This document shows, piece after piece, positions 22,650 to 32,049 of a DNA stretch of 39,623 bases. How positions within the stretch are numbered: position 1 is the stretch's first letter; each line of letters starts with the position of its first letter. The position numbers were made by a program, and so were the translations under genes. The notes under the pieces were generated by a model that was not told the origin of the DNA, made no database searches, and was given only the letters and a program-made list of their open reading frames with translations. The stretch is from Octopus bimaculoides (taxonomy: Eukaryota): contig NC_068986.1 of the NCBI RefSeq assembly GCF_001194135.2, forward strand, positions 96,397,585 through 96,437,207, read 5' to 3'.

Positions 22650-23410
22650 TTGTGCAATTGTGTTGTGGTTAACTCATTGGTTGAGCTTGATTGCTTTGTT
22701 TTTGATCATTCTCAAGTTGACTCTGATCAAGCAGGACTAGATTCAAAGGCATTCCGTCTGTGACCATTTTGTTTTTCAAGTATAATATATGTCTACGTTA
22801 ACCAATATCTTTTCCATTTTTTTTAAGAGTAGGATATAATATAAGAGAAATTTGCCTGCTATTTCTGGCATGATGAGTGACTGTGTAAAAGCTCCCTCAA
22901 TGAGAGCAACTAAAGGAATGTTTGACATGCATAAGTTTTTAACTTGTTGTCGGTGAGATTTGAAACTATGATTGTGTAGTTTGTATGTAGCCAGTCAAAT
23001 AATTTGTGAACCACTGTACTAATACAATAGTCTTAAGGTGGAACTGAAGGTATGTCTTACTGTTGTTGTTGTTGTTTAACCATAGCCAGCCCTATTCCAG
23101 TGGACTTATGATCTAAAATGCTCCAGTCATGTTCATCTCATTTTTTATTTAGTAAGATATAGTGCATCGAGTACTACATTATCTAACATCTTCTTTGTTC
23201 TTGTTGCTGTTTAACCACAGGCTAGGACTGGTCCAGCAGATCTATGATCAAAGATGTTCCAGTAAGGCCATCTCATTTTATATTCAGACATAGTATATCG
23301 TGGACTACATTATCCAATGTGCGCTGACTTAAGATGGTAGAGTGTGATTTGAAAGAGTTTCGGTTACTGTTTGTTGGAGGTCACCTGACTATATAGAGGA
23401 TCCCTTGTTG
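22650..23410 (-). mobile_element. Three family E copies on the minus strand (about 22650-22900, 23060-23200, 23200-23410)
   Basis: Each begins on the plus strand with TGTTG(T)n..TTAAC, followed by TATGATC/TCAAAG and ACTACATTATC(C/T)AA motifs. Confidence 0.75.
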
Positions 23411-23514
23411 ATTCATTTAAGTTATATATTTAGCAACACTGGTACTAAGTGATTGCTGGTGTAAGGGTTATAATTAGTTTAGTTTGTTGGGGTCTTTCCT
23501 GACTGAAGTGATTT

Positions 23515-23751
23515 GAGAGAGGGGGAGAGAGAAAGAAAGAGAGAGAGAGAGAGAGAAGACAGGAGGGACGAGTAAGAGTGAGGTCAAGAATCAACTAAAA
23601 GGTCAAAGGTTACATAAAAAACAAATCTTCTTTAGAATTTAAGATATGTTGAAAGGTGTTATATGAGAAACAGGCTGTGGTAACCCCACTCTACATTCCA
23701 GTGATCTCATTCTGCTTATGGAGAAGACAAGGAAGGAGGGGGGGGAAATAA

Positions 23752-23798
<47 letters not shown>

Positions 23799-23816
23799 AA
23801 GAGAGAGAGAGAAAGA

Positions 23817-23858
<42 letters not shown>

Positions 23859-23885
23859 TAAGGATGATAGAGGGGGATGGAGAGA
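23515..23885. repeat. (GA)n/(GAAA)n purine-rich tracts
   Basis: Directly visible at 23518-23560 and 23750-23855. Confidence 0.9.
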
Positions 23886-23967
23886 AGTTAAATGAACAAA
23901 AAAATATTAGAAGGCCAATAATGGGAGAAGAAAGAAAATAAACAGCAACAACTAAAAAAATTTAAAG

Positions 23968-24180
23968 TAGTAACAGCAGCAGCAGCAGTAGCAGCAGCAG
24001 TGGCAGCTGTAGTAGTAGTAGTAGTAGCAGTAGTAGTAGTAGTAGTAGTAGTTAATTCTACTATAGGCATGTGGCCTCAAATTTAGCAGGAGGGTTTTAG
24101 ACAATTCCATCAATGCCAGTACTTGATTAGTACTTTATTTTATCAACCCAGGAGGGATGAAAAGCACAACTGATCTGAGC
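23968..24180 (-). mobile_element. 5'-truncated family A1 SINE with (CTA)n/(CTG)n tail
   Basis: Minus strand: ..GGGTTGATAAAATAAAAGTAC..AAATTTGAGGCCACATGCCTATAGTAGAATT(AACT..)n. Confidence 0.8.
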
Positions 24181-24183
24181 AGG

Positions 24184-24410
24184 AAGGTGGTGAGCTGGCA
24201 GAAATGTTGGCATGTGAAATGCTTAATGGTATTTCGTCTGTCTTAAGTACCAGTTACGCACTGGGGTCGATATAATCGACTTAATCCGTTTGTCTGTCCT
24301 TGTTTGTCCCCTCTGTGTGTAGCCCCTTGTAGGCAGTAAAGAAATAGGTATTTTGTCTGTCTTTATGTTCTGAGTTCAAATTCTGCCGAGGTTGACTTTG
24401 CCTTTCACAC
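24184..24410 (+). mobile_element. Family A1 SINE head with a nested 5'-truncated A2 copy
   Basis: 17-bp near-duplicate GGTATTT(C/T)GTCTGTCTT at 24228-24244 and 24347-24363 flanks the A2 3' half. Confidence 0.88.
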
Positions 24411-24654
24411 TTAAATAGGAGGACTGAGAATAATTAGTATCATTATGTACCAAATCCTGTATGAAGCAATCATCTGGCTATGATAATAAAAAGGTATGCT
24501 TGCTCAGATTGATAAATCTCTGTTATAATGATAGATATATCCTATTAGGGCTGACGTAGGGGAACACAGCAACAACAACAACAGATATCCATCTCACTGT
24601 GAGAAAGTACCACACTTAGTCATAAGGTATTAACAGTCCACATCTTGTAATTTC

Positions 24655-24800
24655 AATTTCCATGAACTGAGTAGACTACTCATAAGGCTTTGGTTAGTCC
24701 AAGGCCACAGTGGAAGACATGTTCTGAGGTGTTGCACAGTGGAACTGAACCTGAAACCATGTAATATCAAAGGGAACATCTTAACCACAGATCCATACCT
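24655..24800 (-). mobile_element. SINE family C, 5' part (diverged)
   Basis: CTCATAAGGCTTTGGTTAG..GAAGACATG..GGAACTGAACCTGAAACCATG..CTTAACCACAG. Confidence 0.8.
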
Positions 24801-24984
24801 GCATGTGTATGTGTGTATGTGTGTGTGCACACGTGTTTACACTGGTCTAAAAACCAGTATCATTGTTTGTGCTGTATCCCAGTATGGCTGCAGTACAATG
24901 ATTAAAACTAGTAAAATAATAAAGTATATACATATACCTTATTCTTTGCTAGTGCTATGTAAAAAACATCCAGGCCACCCTGTA

Positions 24985-25232
24985 AAGTGGTTAGCATGAG
25001 GAAGGGCATCTAGCCTTAAAAATGCATGCTAAAGCAGATTTTGCTAGTGCTGGGGCCACATAAAAAACACCCAGTGTACTCTGTAAAGTGTTATGAAGAG
25101 CATCCAACAGTAAAAATCATGCCAAAGTAGGCAGTGGAGCTTGGAACAGTCCTCTGGCTTACCAGTTCCTGTCAAACCATTCAACCCATGCTAGCATGGA
25201 GGATGGACATTAAATGATGACAATGATGATGA
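24985..25232 (+). mobile_element. Diverged family D / RTE 3' end with (GAT)n tail
   Basis: GAGGAAGGGCATCTAGCC ... GTCAAACCATTCAACCCATGCTAGCATGGAGGATGGACATTAAATGATGA. Confidence 0.8.
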
Positions 25233-25233
25233 T

Positions 25234-25781
25234 CATCATCATCATCGTTTAACGTCCGCTTTCCATGCTAGCATGGGTTGGACGATTTGACTGAGGACTG
25301 GTGAAACCGGATGGCAACACCAGGCTCCAGTCTGATTTGGCAGAGTTTCTACAACTGGATGCCCTTCCTAACGCCAACCACTCAGAGAGTGTAGTGGGTG
25401 CTTTTACGTGTCACCCGCACGAAAACGGCCACGCTCGAAATGGTGTCTTTTATGTGCCACCCGNNNNNNNNNNNNNNNNNNNNNNNNNNNNNNNNNNNNN
25501 NNNNNNNNNNNNNNNNNNNNNNNNNNNNNNNNNNNNNNNNNNNNNNNNNNNNNNNNNNNNNNNNNNNNNNNNNNNNNNNNNNNNNNNNNNNNNNNNNNNN
25601 NNNNNNNNNNNNNNNNNNNNNNNNNNNNNNNNNNNNNNNNNNNNNNNNNNNNNNNNNNNNNNNNNNNNNNNNNNNNNNNNNNNNNNNNNNNNNNNNNNTC
25701 TCGGTCAGTAGTCATCGCCTCGGTGAGGCCCAATGTACGAAGGTCTTGCCTCACCACCTCAGCCCAGGTCTTCCTGGGCAT
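25234..25781 (-). mobile_element. Young RTE-clade LINE, 5'-truncated (ORF end plus 3' UTR); spans gap N 25464-25698
   Basis: PRKTWAEVVRQDLRTLGLTEAMTTDR at 25781-25700 is a typical RTE ORF C-terminus; 3' UTR ends GCGGACGTTAAAC(GAT)n. Confidence 0.92.
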
Positions 25782-25790
25782 GAATACACA

Positions 25791-25793
<3 letters not shown>

Positions 25794-25842
<49 letters not shown>
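25794..25842. repeat. (GA)n microsatellite
   Basis: Directly visible. Confidence 0.95.
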
Positions 25843-25848
<6 letters not shown>

Positions 25849-26429
25849 AATGAATGAAGGAAGGAAAGACGTAAGCAAGGAAGAGTGAAGGTGATTTCAT
25901 TGGTGAAACGTCAATGCTCAAGTCTAACCGGCTATACACTCATACACATGCACACGCACTCGTGCATGCACACGCACACACACATATTGAGAAAAACAAA
26001 GTTCAATTATTACAACTCATTGTGGTGGAACAGCCTTCAGAAGACATGTGATGTTGTCATGTGATGTTGAACTGCATTGTTACTTATACAGAGACAACAC
26101 CTTTATTATTCTACACATTGTTATTGATACAAATATGCACACACATATACAAACACACTCATGAACATAGACACACACACACACACATACACAAATATAG
26201 GTATAGTTAAACCGATTACAATCTTTTAGCCATTATCTTTATCACATGTTACATATATTATTATGTTTGTATGCATAAAATGTATGTATGTGATTGTGTT
26301 ATTATTGTATTGTAGAGATGAAAAAGGATTTCAATAAAAAAAGTCAAAATTGTTTTTTTGTATTATTGTTAATATGGTAACACAGTAACAGATTTAATTT
26401 GTAACCATAACATAAACCTTGGCCTTCAT

Positions 26430-26431
<2 letters not shown>

Positions 26432-26497
<66 letters not shown>

Positions 26498-26644
26498 GTT
26501 TAACGTCCGCTTTCCATGCTAGCATGGGTTGGACTATTTGACTGAGGACTGGCGAACCAGAAGGCTGCACCAGGCTCCAATCTGATCTGTCAGAGTTTCT
26601 ACAGCTGGATGCCCTTCTTAACGCCAACCACTCCAAGAGTGTAG
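26432..26644 (-). mobile_element. Family D (RTE 3' UTR) short copy with long (GAT)n tail
   Basis: (ATC)n at 26432-26497, then GTTTAACGTCCGCTTTCCATGCTAGCATGGGTTGG..AACGCCAACCACTCC. Confidence 0.92.
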
Positions 26645-26661
26645 AGGAAATGCGTGAGTGT

Positions 26662-26702
<41 letters not shown>

Positions 26703-26709
26703 TATATAT

Positions 26710-26832
26710 AAGGTGGCAAGCTGGTAGAGTCATTAAAGCGTAAGATGAAATACTTTGTGATATTTGTTCCAGATCTTTGCTCTCTGTGTTCAAATCCTGC
26801 TTATGTCAACTTTGCTTTTCATTCTTTTGAGG
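26710..26832 (+). mobile_element. Family A SINE head fragment
   Basis: AAGGTGGCAAGCTGGTAGA..TGTGTTCAAATCC..GTCAACTTTGCTTTTCATTC. Confidence 0.75.
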
Positions 26833-26899
26833 ATCAAGAGCTGTACCACCCTACAAGATGAGAAACACAACCTGGCAAAGAGCAGATGTACTTAATAAA

Positions 26900-27055
26900 G
26901 TCTGAGGGACACTTTATGTGATTTATTGGTTTTGGATGAAATAGTAGTCAAATCTTCATCAATTCATACCTTACCAACAGAGAAAAGGTGTAATATACAC
27001 AGGAAAAATGCCAGCTTGATAAAAGCTGACTTGGGGCTAAATGCCATGCCCAAAC

Positions 27056-27126
<71 letters not shown>

Positions 27127-27530
27127 TGGTTCTTTATCCAAAAAGGAAGCTTCTTTATGAATGATTGGGAAACAAAGGTAAATTTCTCCAAATGAGGTAA
27201 AATTCATATTTGGTGGTTGGATAATGTAGTCGCTCATTTATGCATATTTAATAAGGATAACATGCCATAAAAATAGCCAAATCTCCTTCAAATTGTATCT
27301 ATTATCTTTAAAAAGGGAAACAACATACTGGATAATGTACTTCTAAGACTTTCACCTGAAAAACCAAAAAAACAATGATGGGATGATCATAAACGGATTG
27401 CTTTGATCATAAGTGCACTCTTTCAATGCTGATCTGATGTTAAATAACAACTTCAAAAGAGTCAATGAGGGACCTTTTATATGGTTTATTGGTTTGGAAG
27501 AAATAGCAGTCAAATCTTCAATTCACTGGG
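26900..27530 (+). mobile_element. Cluster of family E copies (about 26900-27060, 27255-27455, 27465-27526) separated by (CA)n and a duplicated segment of about 85 bp
   Basis: AAATAG(T/C)AGTCAAATCTTCA / AATAGCCAAATCTCC starts; GCTGACTTGGGGCTAAA and GCTGATCTGATGTTAAATAACAAC ends. Confidence 0.7.
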
Positions 27531-27619
27531 AAACAAAGGTAAATTACTCCAAATGAGGCAAAATTCATATTGGTGGTTGGATAATGTAGTGGCTCGATTA
27601 TGCATACTTAATTATGAAA

Positions 27620-28020
27620 TGGTGGATATAGAATCAGTTGGCTGATACCTGCAGATGACTTGGTGCTACTTGACTCATCAGAAGGTGATCTCCAGCATGC
27701 ATTGAATGGGTTCACTGCCAAGTGCTGCAAGCCAGGGATGAGAATTAATGTTTTGAAAACTGAAACAATGGTCCTCTTAAGAAAGTCTTCCCAGTGAACT
27801 CTGCACGTTAGTAGAACATCACCGAGATAAGTGGAGAAGTTTAAGTGTTTTGGGGCTGCATTCATGAGTGATTGAAAGCAGAAGGATGAATTGGAATCTA
27901 GAATTGCAGGTACTGGCATAGTACCTCTGATGAGGAGAGATTGGTAAAAAAGCCAAACTTGCATCTTCAATTTGGTTGGTGTGCCTATTCTCATCTTTAG
28001 TCATGTGTGATGGGTAATGA
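27620..28020 (-). mobile_element. Old RTE (BovB-like) LINE fragment, RT C-terminus
   Basis: HMTKD..TNQIEDASLAF; IGTPTKLKMQV; LLTCRVHWEDFL; an AGDHLLMS..QLILY segment resembling RW.GH..RM..R.PKQ..Y. Heavily frameshifted. Confidence 0.7.
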
Positions 28021-28950
28021 CTGATAGAGTATGATCACAAATACAAGCAGTTGAAATGGAGGTTCCTCCAAAGGATCTCTGGAGTAACATCACTCAACAG
28101 GGTACATAACCTCGAGGTCAAAGTGTCTCTCCAGATCAAGCTGATCCATAGTCTCAGTTGGTCATACTTGGAAATCTGGCCATAAACTGTAATGACTGTT
28201 GCTTCTGATAGGACCTTATGGAGGAGACTGAAGACTCTACTCCAATGACCCTCTCAGGAATAGTTGACAGAAGACGGATGGATAGATAATTATGAAGTGA
28301 AAGGGGACTTTTATTGCTTGACATCATATGCTAATATTTTTGTATATTTTAAAAATTTTGCTTTGTTACATAAATGTGGTGCTATTCTACATTTTCAGAA
28401 TATTACCAGTTAACATCTTACTGTTTGAAAGCTTATGATTTTTCTCTAGATTTTTACGCAAGTTCATTGTCATGAAAACAAACACTAAAAATCGAAATCA
28501 AAAAACAAACTATATTTTATATGCAATTTTATGTCAAGTGAAGTGTGAACATTTTAGAGAGTAATAATTTTTTTCTATTTGAACCTCTGAAACTACTAAA
28601 TCTACAGAACATTATACATCATGTATAAAATAATGAATACATAAAAAAAGATAAATATTATAGTAACAATATTATATCTATCCGGACTATAAACAAAGAT
28701 AGGATTTCTTTTTCTTTTCCTTTTAACATTTTGAATCGTCCATAATATTTTTAAAGCTATGAGCAAGACATGATCTTGTTTCGGAGAGCAGTAACTCCAA
28801 ATAAGAATTAACTTGGACTGTGATAATCCATCCAACCTGTGCACCATGGAAAGTAGATGAAGAAATAATGATGGCAATGATGAATAGGTGGTTGATGATG
28901 AAAATGTATATGTTATTTAGAAAAATAATATGTAAATGTTTTTCTTATAT

Positions 28951-28957
28951 AATAATG

Positions 28958-28998
<41 letters not shown>

Positions 28999-29195
28999 CT
29001 TTTCTACTATAAGCACAAGGCCTGAAATTTGGGGGTAGGAGTTAGTTGATTATATTAACTCCCAATACTTGATTGGTACTTATTTTAGTGACCCCAAAAA
29101 GATGAAAGGCAAAGTGGTACTCAGTGGAATTTGAACTCAGAATGTGAAAATGGACAAAAAAATACTGATAAGTATTTCACTTGGCATGCTAACAA
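28951..29195 (-). mobile_element. Family A1 SINE with (TTA)n tail
   Basis: Plus strand: (TAA)n 28951-28998, TTTTCTACTATAAGCACAAGGCCTGAAATTT..GAATTTGAACTCAGAA..GCATGCTAAC. Confidence 0.9.
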
Positions 29196-29278
29196 TAATA
29201 ATGGTTGTTATTGGCTCTTACAGAATTAACCAGAGCAAGTGAAATCAAGAGCCCCAGGAAGTTAAATGACAATAATGA

Positions 29279-29546
29279 TTCTTCTTCTTCTTCTTCTTCT
29301 TCTTCTTCTTCTTCTTCTTCTTCTTCTTCTTCGTCTTCTTTCTGTTATAAGCACAAGGCCTGAAATTTTGGGGGAGGAGGCTAGTCGATTTTACTGACCT
29401 CAGTACATTACTGGTATTTATTACATCAACCCCAAAAGGATGAAAGGCAAAGTCAACCGTGGCAGAATTTGAACACAGAACATAAACATGGACAAAATGC
29501 TGCTAAACATTTTGTCTGCAGTAGTAGTAGTAGTAGTAGTAGTAGT
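29279..29546 (-). mobile_element. Family A1 SINE with (GAA)n tail, abutting (TAG)n at its 5' end
   Basis: Plus strand: (TTC)n 29279-29340, TGTTATAAGCACAAGGCCTGAAATTT..GCAGAATTTGAACACAGAAC..; (TAG)n 29521-29546. Confidence 0.9.
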
Positions 29547-29559
29547 AATGATGAGTTTA

Positions 29560-29725
29560 TTGTGTATAATGTTCAAGTGCACAACGCAACAGAAAGCATC
29601 AATAAGCCAAGTAAAGTAAGATAGTAATTATAGTCACATGTAATTATAGTACACAGAATAAAACACAAAACGACAGAAAAATGAACAGTAAAAAAAATCT
29701 ATAAAGATGAAAGGGTGCATTGGCA
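29560..29725 (-). repeat. Unclassified repeat 3' end, inverted homolog of 30530-30730
   Basis: Reverse complement GTGCCAATGCACCCTTTCATC..TCATTTTTCTGTCGTTTTGTGTTTTATTC versus 30533 ATGCCTATGCACCCTTTCTTC..TCATTTTTCTGTCTTTTTGTGTTTTATTC. Confidence 0.75.
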
Positions 29726-30029
29726 CGCAAGAGCAATGTTGGTAAATTTGGGGATGCATTGAAATTTTGGAGGCTGGAATACCTGGCATCTTTTTCGTGG
29801 AAGACTGGAAATGAATATCACTTGTATGGTGATGATGCTTTTACACAATAATCACCTGTTGTCTAGACAAAGGTAGACACAAGCACACACATCTTGTAAA
29901 TCTTTTCTGTAAGTAAACGTGAGTGTTAATTTATGATACTTGATAGATATCTTTGAACAGTAACATTCTTCGTCTCTTTATTTATTGCAAAGGTGATATT
30001 TTAACAAAGTAAGCACTTTTCCAATGAAA

Positions 30030-30260
30030 ACTCATATAAAACATCTTTTCTTCATAATACAAGAACAAATAATTTTTTTTGGGGAAAAAAAAAAACAGTA
30101 CAAAAGCCATGACTCAAAAACATTTTTTTTCCTACTCAGAATTGTCAAAGCATGGAATAAACTACTTGCACTGATTGTTAGCTGTCAGGATACTGTATCC
30201 TTAAAAAATTCCATGCTTCCCAAAATTTGCCAACTCTACTCTTGCCACACCAATTCTGGA
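30030..30260 (+). mobile_element. CR1-like LINE extreme 3' end
   Basis: FFLLRIVKAWNKLLALIVSCQDTVSLK resembles the CR1 C-terminal FFSxRVVxxWNxLP motif. Confidence 0.75.
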
Positions 30261-30529
30261 CACTTTTCACCTCAAACTCCCAAAGTGTCACCTCCTTTAT
30301 GTTGACAAAGGTGGCTGCCAGGAGCCATGTTGGTTTAATTTCTGGTGCAAACCCTTCTATCATTATTTTTGTTGTTCATTTGCCGAGGTATGTTGGCAGA
30401 AGAGCCAGTTCTTTGGTCTGCAGTGTGATTGCTGAGTTGATCCTGGCATTACTCTCAGCTATAAACTGAGCCTCACAGTACCATATTTCCTTCCACATCT
30501 CACAAATGCTAGTTTGTACATAATAGAAA

Positions 30530-30730
30530 TCAATGCCTATGCACCCTTTCTTCTTCATGATTCCTTTACTAAATCATTTTTCTGTCTTTTTGTGTTTTAT
30601 TCAATGTAAAGTGCATGCACTTTTGACTATCATTGTTGTTTTTCTTTGCTTGAGATATTACTGCTTTTTGTCCCCTCTTTTTTTCTTTTTCAGATGTGTA
30701 GTGCATCTGAGCACTGAACACAATAGCTTA
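30530..30730 (+). repeat. Unclassified repeat 3' end, homolog of 29560-29725
   Basis: Direct visual alignment as given for 29560-29725; both also end with a GTGCA(T)CT(T)GA..AC motif. Confidence 0.7.
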
Positions 30731-31149
30731 TTATATCAGATAATTAGTATTAGGAATGATGGAAACCTAAAAGCAGAAATTCATCAGATTTTTTCACACA
30801 ACTGGAATAATAAATTCAAAATAAGTAACCCCTGACTTGTTTAGTGCAATAAATAAAACAAGAATTTCAAAGTTTTGAAATATGTAGAATTTTTCTCATT
30901 TCATAGTTGATAGAAATTTTTGTGACTACTTTTGGACAAAGCCTTTTCAATAATGATAATTGGTTAATATTATAAACAATAACTGGTTGATAACATTAAA
31001 CAAAGGATATAATGCTATCTAGTCTTTTGAAGTTAATAAGCAGTTCATTTTCCATTTATTTCAAATAATTTTGATAATTAACCAGTTAACAACATTATCT
31101 ATGATTATAATAATCACTTTCTGTGTGTGTGTATACACACATACATGGT

Positions 31150-31700
31150 GGAAGTCAACTTGTGACTGAGTAAGACAACTTCCTAAACTCAGTAAGTTCA
31201 TGCAAGTGTTCTGAGGCCAAGAAGTTCCTGTGTGTAAATTTGCTTTGAGTGAATAAAGTGTTGCACAGCATTGAGCCCACTTTTCAGCACTATCAGCTAT
31301 AAAACCAGTGATACAACAGAGGTTGAGACAACCAGAAACCAGTTTCTCCACTAGAAACACACACATACAATCATAGAAATTTGTGACAAGTTAACATTAT
31401 AAGCTATGAAACAGTGAGTGACCAGAAAAAAAGCCATGTAACTGGGCCCAGCGTATGCAAAAGTTGTGAGAACAAGTGATTTTTTAAAAATCAAGAACAG
31501 CAAAAAAGTTGCTAAACAGTTTAATGAAACTATAGATGCTAATAGCTATTCTCAACAAACTGTGTAGGTTTGTTACAAGTGTGGTGACTGAGTAAAAATA
31601 TAGAACTGATACCTTCAACAAGGCAAATGCTTTTTGCATAACTCCAACATTGTGGAAAAAGGTTTTTATCAATTAGGGACTTGAAAACAAAGTACAGAAA
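31150..31700 (+). mobile_element. Probable Gypsy-type LTR retrotransposon gag remnant
   Basis: CKFALSE..IKPVIQQRLRQPETSF resembles C.F..L.E.LRD..V.GI...IQQRLL.E, followed by a degenerate zinc knuckle CYKCG.. with NAFC. Many stops; no LTR or pol seen. Confidence 0.5.
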
Positions 31701-32049
31701 CCAGTTGTGTCTTGAGACATCATCCAAGTCAGTCTGATATGAAAAGCTCTAATTTTGATGCTATATAAAAGAACAAAACAGAATTATTTTCCACAGAACC
31801 TAAAGCGAAGTTGTTTTGAATGAAATTCTTCAGTTCTTTAATTATTTTATACTAATTTTGTTTCTGTCCTATTTATATGGTTGCATGTTTAGCTTTTTTT
31901 ATTTTTCTTCTCCACACTAATGCTTGTGGACTTAAAAATAAACCCACAATAACCCTTGTGTACTAGAAAACTGATCTGTTTTAATTCTTGTGAAATTAAA
32001 AATTGATCCATAATAATTCTTGCTGACTTTTTCATTTCTTCATAATAAC

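Noticed and set aside
30907-30955. Peptide DRNFCDYFWTKPFQ after a good plus-strand acceptor, reminiscent of an F-BAR N-terminus
   Set aside because: An in-frame stop follows immediately and there is no usable donor; likely chance.
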